A stretch of 25,991 nt of DNA from a candidate division WOR-3 bacterium (GCA_039801565.1 JBDRUX010000026.1:1-25991), one strand, 5' to 3'; shown: positions 1-10,438, counted from the first letter of the stretch. The notes: generated from the letters alone by a model not told the origin. Numbers and translations: made by a program.

Positions 1-253
1 AAAGGAAAATCAGCGTAACTGACGGATGACCAACACGATAGATGAAAAAATCGGTCATTTTTAGGTTGAAATATATTTCAACTTTTTCTGGCACAAAACC
101 TTTCCGGTGAAAGGCAAACTTTCCATAAACTTTAAAGGACGAGGGGTTTCTTTTCATCTCCCCAGATTTAAGAATTAAAAATTGGAGTTAGAAAATCTTC
201 TTTTAGATTTATTGGCTAATTTTGAAATTTATTTTTCAAAGCATTGCGCAGTT

Positions 254-628
254 TCATCGTTTTATCTCTTCGCTGCCGGTTTTTTTGACCAATTCGGCTA
301 ATTCATTTAAATCTAATCGGTTGCGGTAACGAAAAAATTTTATGAGCATTGGTAAATTGACCCCACAGATGATCGCTGCCGAACTCGATTGGGCTAAAAG
401 CCGATAGCAAATATTAGCACCACTGCTACCATAAAGGTCAACAAAAACCATCTTTTCACCATCGCCTAACGAATCCAAGGCTTGTTTTATCTTCAATTCC
501 AATTCTTCCGAAGAGCCAGTTTCGTAAGATACCGTGGCGAACTCGGTGATTTCACCAATAATTGAACGGGTTACCTCTAATAAGGTCTCCGGAAATTTGC
601 CATGGCCAATAAGTAGTCCTTTAATCAT
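254..628 (-). CDS. PTS system mannose/fructose-family EIIA component
   Basis: N-terminal LLIGHG motif (phospho-His), VFVDLYGSS and IICGVNLPML motifs typical of EIIA-Man; start overlaps the hprK stop. Confidence 0.9.
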   Translation of the reverse strand: MIKGLLIGHGKFPETLLEVTRSIIGEITEFATVSYETGSSEELELKIKQALDSLGDGEKMVFVDLYGSSGANICYRLLAQSSSAAIICGVNLPMLIKFFRYRNRLDLNELAELVKKTGSEEIKR

Positions 629-1620
629 TATTCCAAATCATCAGTTATGAAGGGGTCAATCTTTGGTTGTTGTTTCATCACTTTCAATAATTCTTGATTA
701 AATAGTTTTGCCGGGTGATAGCCGAGAATTTTTGCAATGTGGTTTTTGGCAATCACTTCACAAACTAAGGCTAAGTTTTTGCCCGGAATTACTGGGACGC
801 GGATACGCGGAATTTTAACTCCTAAGATTTCCGCAAATTCGTCTTCGATACCAATCCGGTCATAGGTTAATCTTTTGGTCCAACGAACCAATTCCACCAA
901 AATTTCTACTCTTTTCTGCACCCGCACCGAGCGGATACCATAGATATTATAGATGTCAACAATCCCGACCCCACGAATCTCAATATGATGTTGCAGAGCC
1001 GGGGTTTTGGCAGCACTATAGCCCATTAGAATCCCTTCACCCCGGCGTAAAATTTTTACCAAATCATCAGCAATTAAGCGATGCCCACGGTCAACTAAAT
1101 CCAAAGCGCATTCGCTTTTGCCAATGCCAGATTCACCGACAATTAAAAGTCCAACCCCGTAAACATCAACCAAATCACCGTGTAGATAAGTCTCGGGTGC
1201 CAAACGATAATCGAGATAGGCGCTAATCCGATGGATAAAGTGGGTAGTATCAAAGCGGGTATAGATAACTGGCACCTGACTAGTTTCAGCCGCCTCTAAG
1301 AAGAATTTAGGAACTTTAACCCGTTTGGTGACAATAATACAAGGTGGTTGAAAGGCAAAGATGCGTTTAATCGCTTGAATCGCCGTCGCCTCCGATTGAG
1401 TTTTAAGGTAGGAGATTTCGGTTCGACCGATTATCTGAATCCTTTCGGCTAAAAAAATACCAGTGAACCCAGCCAACGCCATACCCGGGCGATTGATGTC
1501 AGGTGTGACAATCTTCTTTTTTTCCAAATACCGAGCACCGGCTAAGACTTCGAGACGAAAGTCTTCTTGTTTTTCTTCAACGAAGGTCTTGACTGTGATC
1601 TCTTTATATTTTATTGCCAT
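628..1620 (-). CDS. hprK: HPr(Ser) kinase/phosphorylase
   Basis: DINRPG, HGDLVDVYGVGLLIVGESGIGKSECAL (Walker A), LIADD, EIRGVG, PGKNLA motifs. Confidence 0.97.
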   Translation of the reverse strand: MAIKYKEITVKTFVEEKQEDFRLEVLAGARYLEKKKIVTPDINRPGMALAGFTGIFLAERIQIIGRTEISYLKTQSEATAIQAIKRIFAFQPPCIIVTKRVKVPKFFLEAAETSQVPVIYTRFDTTHFIHRISAYLDYRLAPETYLHGDLVDVYGVGLLIVGESGIGKSECALDLVDRGHRLIADDLVKILRRGEGILMGYSAAKTPALQHHIEIRGVGIVDIYNIYGIRSVRVQKRVEILVELVRWTKRLTYDRIGIEDEFAEILGVKIPRIRVPVIPGKNLALVCEVIAKNHIAKILGYHPAKLFNQELLKVMKQQPKIDPFITDDLE

Positions 1621-1621
1621 T

Positions 1622-1933
1622 TTAGACTTTACTCCGAACTGTTCGTTTTTTGGTTCGCCATTTACTCTCTTGGGTTTTTAGTTGTTTTAATAGTTTGTTC
1701 ACCATATCCGAGACCGCTAAATACATATCATTGGATTTACCTTTAGCAACAAATAGGTTGTGCCGAAAATGGAGCTTACCTTCCGCCGTATCCAATCCCG
1801 ATTCCCGACTGAGAATTACTTCACCTTCGGTCATCCCATTTAAATAGCGGTCAAGTTTGGTCAATTTTTCTTGAACAAAGTCTTTCAGGGCAGGGGTTAA
1901 TTCAAAGTGCCGGGCCGTTATTGCTATCTTCAT
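1622..1933 (-). CDS. hpf: Ribosome hibernation promoting factor / ribosome-associated inhibitor (short form)
   Basis: MKIAITARHFELTPALKDFVQEKLTKLDRY and DMYLAV motifs; AAGGAGGAG RBS upstream; adjacent to hprK. Confidence 0.93.
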   Translation of the reverse strand: MKIAITARHFELTPALKDFVQEKLTKLDRYLNGMTEGEVILSRESGLDTAEGKLHFRHNLFVAKGKSNDMYLAVSDMVNKLLKQLKTQESKWRTKKRTVRSKV

Positions 1934-1960
1934 TGCTCCTCCTTATTTTCTGGCATTGTC

Positions 1961-2058
1961 AAAATTAGCCACAGTATGGAAGTAGCGCCGAGGTAATCGG
2001 CGCTGGATACGCTTTGGCGGCCAGAAGCAACTGGCACGCCGTTATTGTGGCTAATTTT
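1961..2058. ncRNA. Candidate structured element (three-way junction) between recR and hpf
   Basis: 13-bp closing inverted repeat AAAATTAGCCACA/TGTGGCTAATTTT enclosing two GC-rich hairpins (1984-2004; 2015-2041). Confidence 0.5.
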
Positions 2059-2067
2059 CCCATTAAC

Positions 2068-2658
2068 TCAAATTTCCTTTCTGCCTTCAATCGCCTTAGA
2101 GACAGTGACATCATCGGCTAAATCTAAGTCACTACCGATAGGTAATCCCCGAGCAATTCGAGTGACCCTGACGCCGAGCGGCTTAATAATTTTAGCTAAA
2201 TAAAAGGCGGTCGCTTCACCTTCGGTAGTGGGATTGGTGGCAATAATTACTTCTGAAAAAATTTCTTTGTTCAATCGGGCTAAAAGTTCTTTGATTTTTA
2301 AGTCGTCCGGTCCGATATGGTCAAGCGGGGAAAGCACGCCGCCTAAAACATGATAAAGACCACAAAATTTTTGGCTTCGTTCAATCGCTAAAATGTCCGA
2401 AACATCTTCAACCACACATAACAAACTGCGGTCGCGTTTTGGGTCAGAACAAATTTCACATTGGTCATTCTCAGTTAAATTGAAACAAACCGAACAAAAG
2501 TGGAGATTCCGTTTCGCATCAATTATTGCCTGAGCTAAACTTTCGGCAAATGCCGAATCAGTTTTTAAGAGATAAAATGCAATCCGCTGCGCAGTCTTGG
2601 TACCAATTCCTGGTAATTTTACCAGTTCGCCAATTAAACGGTCAATTGTCTTTGCCAT
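2068..2658 (-). CDS. recR: Recombination mediator RecR
   Basis: LPGIGTKTAQR HhH, C4 zinc finger CSVC..CEIC, Toprim CVVE, ATNPTTEGEATA, RIARGLPIG. Confidence 0.98.
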   Translation of the reverse strand: MAKTIDRLIGELVKLPGIGTKTAQRIAFYLLKTDSAFAESLAQAIIDAKRNLHFCSVCFNLTENDQCEICSDPKRDRSLLCVVEDVSDILAIERSQKFCGLYHVLGGVLSPLDHIGPDDLKIKELLARLNKEIFSEVIIATNPTTEGEATAFYLAKIIKPLGVRVTRIARGLPIGSDLDLADDVTVSKAIEGRKEI

Positions 2659-2667
2659 TTTACCGGT

Positions 2668-4194
2668 TTATTCAATCTCTTCGTATTCAAAGACATTGCC
2701 AATCTTTTTTAAATCGAAATTGGTTGAAGACGGTTTTTGGTTATTGGCAGAGCTCGGCGCTGATTGGGTCGGGGCTAATTCCGAAATAATCTTTGCCGGT
2801 TTATTAATTAATTCACCCAATACCGCCTCAGCTAAAACCTTACCGGCTTCAAAGTGGTCACGATTCACCGAATGATTAGCCGGAAATTGAACATAAAGGA
2901 TGTTCCCTTCTAATCTCAGTGGTGTAGCTAATTCGAGCCGGCTGGCTAAGGGCAGTTTTTGGGCACGGAGGCGAGTTAATAATTCTTGCCAAAGCGTATC
3001 GAGATTTGTTCGGTTGTTGGATGTTGGGTTGGTGGTAAAATTCGCTTCGGCTGGCATTTTAGATTCAACCACTTTGTCAGAAATCCCAGTCACTTCCCCC
3101 ATCTTTGGTAAACATAATCTTACTAATCTTAATGAGACTACTTCAAGTAGGGTTTTGGGTAAAAGGCTTCGTTTTACTTGTTCTTCGGTCGAACAGAGGG
3201 TATTGATTATCGTTAATAGCATCGTTTGTTCAAACCTTTGACTCAGCATTTGACGTTTGGTATAGTCGTCCGGCAAAAGCCCTAAGGCATTAGAATCTAA
3301 ACCGAGTTTAATCATCAATAAGGACCGAAAATATTCAATTAGACTGGTGAAGAATTCAATCGTGTCATATCCAGCAGCAAAAATCTTATCAATGAATTGA
3401 ACCAAACCCAACTGGTCACCTTTGGTAAGTAGTTCAGCGTATTCTTCGAAGATTGTAGTTGGCACAATGCCTAAAAGTTCATAGACCGCATCTGGTGTGA
3501 TTCCTTCAGGACGAAATGCCCAGAGTTGGTCCAAAATGACTTCGGCATCGCGGATGGCACCATCCGCCCGCCGCGCTATTGCATGAAGGGCTTCGGGGGT
3601 AATCTTTATATTTTCTTTTTTGGTTAACCAATCCAATCGTTGCTGAATCTCTTCAACTGTTGCCTTGCGAAAATCAAACCGCTGACAACGAGAAAGGATT
3701 GTTCCTGGTACTTTATGGGGGGCAGTAGTAGCAAAAATAAAAACTACATTCTTGGGGGGTTCTTCTAAGGTCTTAAGTAAGGCATTAAACGCCTCGGTCG
3801 TTAACATATGGACTTCGTCAATAATATAAATTTTATACCGAGCCGAGGTTGGTAAATACTTAATGTTCTCGCGTAATTCCCTTATCTCTTCAATCCGACG
3901 ATTTGAGGCGCCATCAATCTCTAAGACATCCATATTTCGAGAAGCAGTAATCTCTTTACAGATTGAACATTCATTACAAGGTGTAGTGGTTGGTCCTTTT
4001 ACACAACATAAACTTTTGGCTAAGATTCTGGCGGTGGTGGTCTTACCTACTCCTCGCGGGCCGGCAAAGAGATAGGCATGGGCAATTTTATTCTGCTCGA
4101 TTGCTCGTTTTAATGTCTCCTTGATATGGTCTTGCGCCCAAATTTCATCAAAGGTCTGGGGCCGATACTTAAGGGCAAGGACTTGATAACCCAT
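2668..4194 (-). CDS. dnaX: DNA polymerase III subunit gamma/tau
   Basis: YQVLALKYRPQTF, GPRGVGKTT, zinc-binding Cys cluster, IIDEVHML, LLKTLEEPP, SRCQRF. Confidence 0.98.
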   Translation of the reverse strand: MGYQVLALKYRPQTFDEIWAQDHIKETLKRAIEQNKIAHAYLFAGPRGVGKTTTARILAKSLCCVKGPTTTPCNECSICKEITASRNMDVLEIDGASNRRIEEIRELRENIKYLPTSARYKIYIIDEVHMLTTEAFNALLKTLEEPPKNVVFIFATTAPHKVPGTILSRCQRFDFRKATVEEIQQRLDWLTKKENIKITPEALHAIARRADGAIRDAEVILDQLWAFRPEGITPDAVYELLGIVPTTIFEEYAELLTKGDQLGLVQFIDKIFAAGYDTIEFFTSLIEYFRSLLMIKLGLDSNALGLLPDDYTKRQMLSQRFEQTMLLTIINTLCSTEEQVKRSLLPKTLLEVVSLRLVRLCLPKMGEVTGISDKVVESKMPAEANFTTNPTSNNRTNLDTLWQELLTRLRAQKLPLASRLELATPLRLEGNILYVQFPANHSVNRDHFEAGKVLAEAVLGELINKPAKIISELAPTQSAPSSANNQKPSSTNFDLKKIGNVFEYEEIE

Positions 4195-4206
4195 CAGTTT
4201 ATTTTT

Positions 4207-4482
<276 letters not shown>

Positions 4483-4500
4483 TCAATCTCATTAGGCAAC

Positions 4501-5466
4501 TTACGGCTTTAGTTTCACCGGTTCGACCACAATTGATTTAACATCAATATCATTATTAATGACACCGCTCGCTTTTAACCGGTCAGCAAAAGTTTTAATC
4601 AAATCCTTATTTATTTCCACCAGTTTCTGCATATCGGGCAGGCGGCAGTCAACAAGTTCCTGTGGGCCAAAACCTAAATACTTCTCAAGGATTTGGCGCG
4701 CCACTTCCGGATTTTGGTCGGTATAGCCAATTGCCGCATCGCATGCCAACTTCAACCGCACACAGGTCTTACGATTTTTGAGTAAGAAAGAAGAAGTGTA
4801 GCCAATTGCGGCACCCGGGAACGGTGAAATAATATATTTGGCTAAGGGTGCGTCCGCAATCACTTGGGCTTGCGCCACCACTGCCCGATAACGCTCCGGC
4901 TCTAAAACCAAACAAGCATCAAGCGTACCTTGTAAGACCTGGGGGAATAAAGCTCGATTTGCCATTTCGACTAAGTTAAAATCCTTCGGATTTAAACCAG
5001 CACCTTCGAATAAAGCCGGCATAATATCGCGTAGTTGATTAGGATAACCAATCTTCTTTTTCTTTAGGTCCGCCAGTTTGGTGATCTTGGATTGCGGCTT
5101 CACGATTAATGCATCCACGGGCAAAGAGGCGCGAAAGTCCTGGGAGATAAAGACCTTTACAGTCTCTTGAGCGGTAGCGATGCGTTGGAAAATTAAGTGC
5201 CAAGGAAATACGCCACAATCAATTTCACCACGAAAAAGGGCATCCAACGCCATTTGAGGGTCAGAAAAGAAAACAAACTCCGGAATAATCCGATTGTCCT
5301 TAAAAAAACCGCGCTCTTGCGCAACAAAAAATACCGTCGAAGTAACCGTGCTGTCACAACCTAATCGAACTTTAACCGGTCTTGACTCCTGCCATTGGGG
5401 ATAGACAATCACCGCAACCAAAGCCAGAGCTAAAAGCAAAATGATAAGATTTAAAAGTTTATTCAC
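4501..5466 (-). CDS. NitT/TauT (SsuA/THI5-like) ABC transporter substrate-binding protein
   Basis: N-terminal TM anchor, VRLG, FVAQERGFFKD, ALFRGEID, ITKLADLKKKKIG motifs; GTG start with AAGGAAGG RBS. Confidence 0.8.
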   Translation of the reverse strand: MNKLLNLIILLLALALVAVIVYPQWQESRPVKVRLGCDSTVTSTVFFVAQERGFFKDNRIIPEFVFFSDPQMALDALFRGEIDCGVFPWHLIFQRIATAQETVKVFISQDFRASLPVDALIVKPQSKITKLADLKKKKIGYPNQLRDIMPALFEGAGLNPKDFNLVEMANRALFPQVLQGTLDACLVLEPERYRAVVAQAQVIADAPLAKYIISPFPGAAIGYTSSFLLKNRKTCVRLKLACDAAIGYTDQNPEVARQILEKYLGFGPQELVDCRLPDMQKLVEINKDLIKTFADRLKASGVINNDIDVKSIVVEPVKLKP

Positions 5467-5491
5467 CTTATCCTTCCTTTCTAATGGCTTT

Positions 5492-5548
5492 TTGAACTAT
5501 CTTGAATCCGCCTGAGGCGGAAACAATGTTGAACCATCTTGAACTCTT
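5492..5548. repeat. TTGAAC-based ~10-nt repeats interrupted by a REP-like palindrome TCCGCC-TGA-GGCGGA (5507-5521)
   Basis: TTGAACTATC, TTGAA[palindrome], TTGAACCATC, TTGAACTCTT read directly. Confidence 0.6.
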
Positions 5549-5565
5549 ATAAAACAGGAAAACCA

Positions 5566-7251
5566 TCACTTCTCTTTCTGTAAATTTTCCAACCGTTTCA
5601 GTAATTCATAGGCTTCTTGTTTTCGTCCCAGTTCGGATAAGCAAACCCCTTTACTCTTGATGGCATCAGTATTTTTCGGATTTAGTGCTAAAACTAAATC
5701 GAATGAAACAATTGCCGATTCGAATTGTTGTTGCGCTTCCTGGATTTTTTTCTCTTGCTTTAGTCCCATTGCGACATTGGCTTGTGCCGAGCCATATAAA
5801 AGATAAAGATTTTCTAAGGCCTGGGGTGCCAATTTGGCAAGAAAGACACCTTTCTTATCAAATGTGTTAGCAGTTAGATTTGGGAAATAGAGCCATTCAA
5901 GATTAGTTATCTCAACTCCCTTTTTGTAAAATTCGTTTTCGACTTTAACCGTTAGTTCCGGCGGAATTTGTAAGTATTTGTTCGCCATTACCTCTTTGGT
6001 AATTAAATAGTAAAGCGAATCTTGGAGGTCAGAAGGTAATCTTGGGTCGGTAAGAGAAACCACCGCGGCTTTAATGATTTCTTCATAAAGTTCCATCGCC
6101 CGCTGGTCAGCGGCTAAACCGCCCTGGCGGTAAAAAATGAACGCCAAATTGTGCTTCGCATCCAAATCATTCGGATTATAAAAAAGGGCTTGCTCAAATT
6201 CGGTTTTAGCTTGTTGTAAATAAAACTCCTGGGTCTCTTTAGTCTTTTCCTGATTAGTTCTCTGTAAACTTGCCACACCAGCCCGGAAGTAACTTGTGTT
6301 CAACTCGCTCTCAATAATATACAGGTCATCGGCAATCCGGGTCAACACGGGAAGTTTAGGCTTAGCCTTTAAGGAGTCCTCAATTAGCGTCTGCAATCGT
6401 TTGGGATTGCGGTCCCGGCGCGCTATAATTAGACTCGTTGTAATTTTATTTAATTTTATCGTATCCTTGATAGCAAGAACATTGGCTAACTGTTCCTTAA
6501 TCTGCTGATACTGGGTTTGATATTGTCTGGCAGCGGCTAAATAATAAACCCGAACCGAATCCCAATCCGACTGGTTAAAGAAATATAAGCCAAGCATCGT
6601 ATAACCCAAAGGATTAGTGGAATCAGTTCGAATTAATTCCAAGGCACGGGTTCTTAAATCAGCTAATTGATTCAATTGAAGATAAAGTTGAGCTAAAATT
6701 GTCAAAGCCTGACGGCTCTTCGGTTCTTGCTTTAAAACCTGCTTGGTATAATTGAGCGCAACTTTCCAATCATTAGTGTCACTGGAAATCATCAGTTCCC
6801 GGCTGGCCAGCGAAAAAGAAGTGAGCGCTTGGTACCGGCAATCCTCGTTTTTTAGCATCTTGTTAAAATAAAGCGAATCTAATTGGGAAGCGGTATCGAA
6901 TTGGGCGGCCGCTTCTAAGTTTCTTTGCAGGTGCGATAATGCCATCCCCAGCCAAGTTCGGGCTTCGGCACTCTTGGGATTATCAGCAACTGCAAACGCA
7001 AATTGTTCGGCGGCTTTTTCATAACGCCCATTAGAGTATTCAATCCTGCCACCGTTCATTCGGGCACTAAATGGTACATGGGCTTGACCACTAACCAACG
7101 AAAATAAAACAAGTCCTTTTAGCAAAAAGATTCTTGCCGTCTTTATCTGCCGCAGCGCCACTGAAGATATGGAGATAAATTTAGAATTTAATTCCGGTGC
7201 TCTCCATTCTCGGTGGCTAATCTTTGTTAAGTGCAACAAATTTTTCGTCAC
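5566..7251 (-). CDS. Tetratricopeptide-repeat protein, probably exported
   Basis: Multiple TPR-like helices (AEARTWLGMAL, NPLGYTMLGLYFF, DLDAKHNLAFIFY, NPKNTDAIKSKGVCLSELG); GTG at 7251 follows AAAGGAGG (ORF track starts at 7272); start uncertain. Confidence 0.75.
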   Translation of the reverse strand: MTKNLLHLTKISHREWRAPELNSKFISISSVALRQIKTARIFLLKGLVLFSLVSGQAHVPFSARMNGGRIEYSNGRYEKAAEQFAFAVADNPKSAEARTWLGMALSHLQRNLEAAAQFDTASQLDSLYFNKMLKNEDCRYQALTSFSLASRELMISSDTNDWKVALNYTKQVLKQEPKSRQALTILAQLYLQLNQLADLRTRALELIRTDSTNPLGYTMLGLYFFNQSDWDSVRVYYLAAARQYQTQYQQIKEQLANVLAIKDTIKLNKITTSLIIARRDRNPKRLQTLIEDSLKAKPKLPVLTRIADDLYIIESELNTSYFRAGVASLQRTNQEKTKETQEFYLQQAKTEFEQALFYNPNDLDAKHNLAFIFYRQGGLAADQRAMELYEEIIKAAVVSLTDPRLPSDLQDSLYYLITKEVMANKYLQIPPELTVKVENEFYKKGVEITNLEWLYFPNLTANTFDKKGVFLAKLAPQALENLYLLYGSAQANVAMGLKQEKKIQEAQQQFESAIVSFDLVLALNPKNTDAIKSKGVCLSELGRKQEAYELLKRLENLQKEK

Positions 7252-7285
7252 TTTGCCTCCTTTAGTTTGCACAATTCCACTTCTA

Positions 7286-7313
7286 ATCTTATCGGTTTAT
7301 GGCGGTTTGTCAA
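7286..7313 (-). promoter_or_regulatory. Putative sigma70 promoter for the TPR gene
   Basis: TTGACA-N16-TAAGAT on minus strand. Confidence 0.5.
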
Positions 7314-7425
7314 TAATAAAATGAAGCTGACCTGAATCGGGTAAATATTGCAATTGGCTACTAAAAATTCAATTGCGTCAAATCTTTTGGGGTGCCAAAG
7401 GGGTAGCGTTCCCAAAAGATTTCCC

Positions 7426-7456
7426 TTGACATTCTACTCATATTAAGTTATAGAAT
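7426..7456 (+). promoter_or_regulatory. Putative sigma70 promoter for the TPR-bEBP gene
   Basis: TTGACA at 7426-7431 then TATAGA (N17) or TAGAAT (N19); very short leader to ATG 7467. Confidence 0.45.
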
Positions 7457-7466
7457 ACCAAGAAGT

Positions 7467-10232
7467 ATGGACGAACGGATAACCGAGCTTAAAGAAAAGA
7501 TCAAAAAAGAACAATCACCAATCCCAAAAGCCATTTTGCTTATCGAACTTGCCAACTATATTCAGTCCCACCTGTTTGACATAAGGGAGGCTGAACGCTA
7601 TGCCCTGCAGGCATTAACCATCGGCAAAGATAATAAGGATATGCGGATTACCGGTTTAGCCCAAGGGAGTTTGGCAATAATCTACTGGCGCCAGGGTAAA
7701 ATTGATGAAGCGCAAGAGTGCGCCAGTAAGGCTTTGAAAATCGCCGAAGTGACTAAAGATAAAAATCTGGAAGGACAAGCCTGTGGCGTTCTGGGTCTTA
7801 TCCAAGAACAAAGGGGTGAATTGGATTCGGCAGTAAAGCATTACGAACGCTGTCTAAGTTTATATACCGAATTAGGTAATGAATTGTTATTAGCCACCCA
7901 TTACAATAACTTAGGAAATGTATTTTGGGATAAAGGCGATTTGGAACGGGCATTGGATGCTCACCAGAAGAGTTTGGCAATCAAAGAACGTTTAAGGGAC
8001 CAAGTCTTAAAAACCCCAGGCGCAGTCGATTTAGACCCAATCACAATTTCCAGGTCAATTAGCATCTCATTGAACAATTTGGGTTTACTTTATGAAGACC
8101 TTGGTGATTTGGAGAAGGCAATTGAATTTTTTTATCGGGCACTGGTGGAGAAAGAAAAGACCAACGACTTGGCAGGAATTTCGGCTTGTTATAATAATAT
8201 TGGTGAAATTTATCAGAAACGGGGTCGGTTAGATAAAGCGATTCAATTATTTGAGCAAGCCGTGAAGACCGCAGAGTTAGCCAATGCTAAACCAAGAAAA
8301 GCCGAGGCTTTTGGCAACTTGGGTAATGCCTATTTTCTCGCCGGTGATTATATCCGAAGTATGAATTACTACATCGAAGATATGAACCTCTCTTTAGAAA
8401 TTGAAGACAAGTTTGAACTCTCTGAAGTTTATTGGCGAATAGCCGAATTGCTTTTAGCCACCAAAGAGATTACCGAGGCTTTCAACTTTTTGCAGAAGTC
8501 CTTAGCCTTAAGTTCGGAAATTGGGGCAAAGAAGAATGAAGCGAGTGCTTACCGGGTATTGGGCAAATATTATTTTAGTCAAAATGATTTGACCAAAGCC
8601 AAATCCGCCTTCGAACGTGGGATTGAATTGCTCGAAGGAATGGGAAAGTGTTACGAATTGGGTAAGATTTATTTCGATTACGGAAGTTCCTTAGCTGAGA
8701 CTGGTATTCGCGATACCGCCCTACGGTTCTTGCGGGAAGCGGCTGATATCTTTCGGAAATTAGAAATTGTCCAGGAATCCGAAGCCGTAGAACGATTACT
8801 TTTCCGATTAGAAGTCGAAAAAGACCGCCGCGTGGCACTGATTAAAAGCCTCTCCAGTCTCACTTCTCACCTTTTGCCGATTTCGGAATTAGCACCAAAA
8901 TGCTTAGCTTTATTACAAGATATGTTGACCTTTGATGCTGGTGTGTTTTTTGCCTTTGAAACCCGACCTTTCGTTTTAGGTAAGATAACCAAAGAAGAGG
9001 CGCTTGTGGTATGTAAGCGGGACGAATTGATATTAACGCCGCAAAGTGTCAATCTACCACTCCGCTTAGCTGGTCATAATCTTGGGGTTCTTTACCTGCG
9101 TTGGGAAAAACCACCGCCTTTAAGTTTAGACTCATCACTATTAGAGACAATAGCTAACATCCTATCCTTAGCCTTAGAACATAGCCGAACCCGCATTGGG
9201 GTAAGAATAGAATCGGCACAACCAATTTCGCAAAAACCGCTACCGCACTTTGAAGGAATAATTGGGGAAAGTCCAAAGATGTTAGAAGTTTTTGAAACCT
9301 TGCAACGCGTAGCTCCGACCAAGGCATCGGTTTTAATCCTTGGTGAGAGCGGAACTGGTAAGGAACTGATTGCTCAAACAATCCATCGGCAGAGTCCCCG
9401 CGCCCAAAGACCGTTCGTCACGATTAACTGCGCTGCAATCCCTGAGACGCTCTTGGAAAGCGAGCTCTTTGGCATTGAAAAAGGAACTGCCACTGGTATC
9501 AGTGCCCGAATTGGTAAGTTTGAGCAAGCCGATGGCGGGACAGTCTTTCTGGATGAAATTGGCGATATGAGTCTTGCCCTACAAGCCAAACTCTTAAGGG
9601 TGCTGGAGGAAAAGAGATTTGAACGGGTGGGGGGTCGAAAGACAATTGCCGTAGATGTACGAATTATTGCCGCCACCAATAAAGATTTAGAACAGGCAAT
9701 TCGGCAGGGTAATTTTCGCTCTGACCTCTTCTATCGTTTAAATGTTGTCAATATCCACCTGCCGCCTTTGCGCGAAAGAAAAGAAGATATTCCCCACTTA
9801 GCCAATCATTTCCTTCGGAAATTTAACGAAGAGGTCGAACGGTCAATAAAAGGATTTACCAAAGAAGCGATGGATATACTTTTGGCTTATTCCTGGCCCG
9901 GTAATGTCCGGGAATTAGAAAATACGATTGAGCGGGCAGTGATTCTTGCTCGCGAGGAATATATTACTCCGGCCGATTTAGCTCCCTTAGGTCGAATTTT
10001 AAGTGAGAAAGCACAAGCGACCGAGGCAAAGCCAGCATTAGAAACACAACTACCTAAAGCAAAAGCCCGTTTAGAAAAAGATTACATTCTACGACTCTTG
10101 GCACGTTATAATTGGAATGTCACGCAGGCGGTCAAAGCCTCAGGAATTAGCCGAAGTCAATTTTACCGGCTATTAGCCAAGTATCAAATCCAAAGAAGTA
10201 AAACCCATTTCGATTCCCAAGAACCGGTCTAA
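7467..10232 (+). CDS. Sigma54-interacting transcriptional activator (bEBP): N-terminal TPR array, short GAF-like linker, AAA+ domain, Fis-type HTH
   Basis: About ten TPRs ([35 protein letters not shown]); [60 protein letters not shown]-terminal [20 protein letters not shown]. Confidence 0.95.
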   Translation: MDERITELKEKIKKEQSPIPKAILLIELANYIQSHLFDIREAERYALQALTIGKDNKDMRITGLAQGSLAIIYWRQGKIDEAQECASKALKIAEVTKDKNLEGQACGVLGLIQEQRGELDSAVKHYERCLSLYTELGNELLLATHYNNLGNVFWDKGDLERALDAHQKSLAIKERLRDQVLKTPGAVDLDPITISRSISISLNNLGLLYEDLGDLEKAIEFFYRALVEKEKTNDLAGISACYNNIGEIYQKRGRLDKAIQLFEQAVKTAELANAKPRKAEAFGNLGNAYFLAGDYIRSMNYYIEDMNLSLEIEDKFELSEVYWRIAELLLATKEITEAFNFLQKSLALSSEIGAKKNEASAYRVLGKYYFSQNDLTKAKSAFERGIELLEGMGKCYELGKIYFDYGSSLAETGIRDTALRFLREAADIFRKLEIVQESEAVERLLFRLEVEKDRRVALIKSLSSLTSHLLPISELAPKCLALLQDMLTFDAGVFFAFETRPFVLGKITKEEALVVCKRDELILTPQSVNLPLRLAGHNLGVLYLRWEKPPPLSLDSSLLETIANILSLALEHSRTRIGVRIESAQPISQKPLPHFEGIIGESPKMLEVFETLQRVAPTKASVLILGESGTGKELIAQTIHRQSPRAQRPFVTINCAAIPETLLESELFGIEKGTATGISARIGKFEQADGGTVFLDEIGDMSLALQAKLLRVLEEKRFERVGGRKTIAVDVRIIAATNKDLEQAIRQGNFRSDLFYRLNVVNIHLPPLRERKEDIPHLANHFLRKFNEEVERSIKGFTKEAMDILLAYSWPGNVRELENTIERAVILAREEYITPADLAPLGRILSEKAQATEAKPALETQLPKAKARLEKDYILRLLARYNWNVTQAVKASGISRSQFYRLLAKYQIQRSKTHFDSQEPV

Positions 10233-10382
10233 GGTGGCTTTTCACCTGCTGAAAGATTAGGCAGATGAGCCGTTAATTTCGACTGTTAAGAATGGAGAAG
10301 ATGGGTTGGTCATTAAACTAACAGTTTTGATGATTTAAGTGCTGATTTCTTTTATACTTCCGTTACAGGATTTGACCTCATT

Positions 10383-10405
10383 TGCGACGCAGTCGCATTC
10401 TTAAG
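10383..10405 (+). repeat. 23-bp inverted repeat, left copy (contains palindrome TGCGAC-GCA-GTCGCA)
   Basis: TGCGACGCAGTCGCATTCTTAAG is the exact reverse complement of 12570-12592. Confidence 0.9.
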
Positions 10406-10438
10406 TTTTTTTTAATCGGCTTCGCCGATTATTTAATT

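Noticed and set aside
1..157. Minus-strand open frame MKRNPSSFKVYG... running off the left edge
   Set aside because: No similarity to the expected PTS IIB/HPr, poor RBS spacing, and too short to support
3614..3621. AAAAAAG in dnaX as a -1 frameshift site
   Set aside because: It is phased AAA AAA G rather than A AAA AAG, and lies too early in the gene to give a gamma subunit
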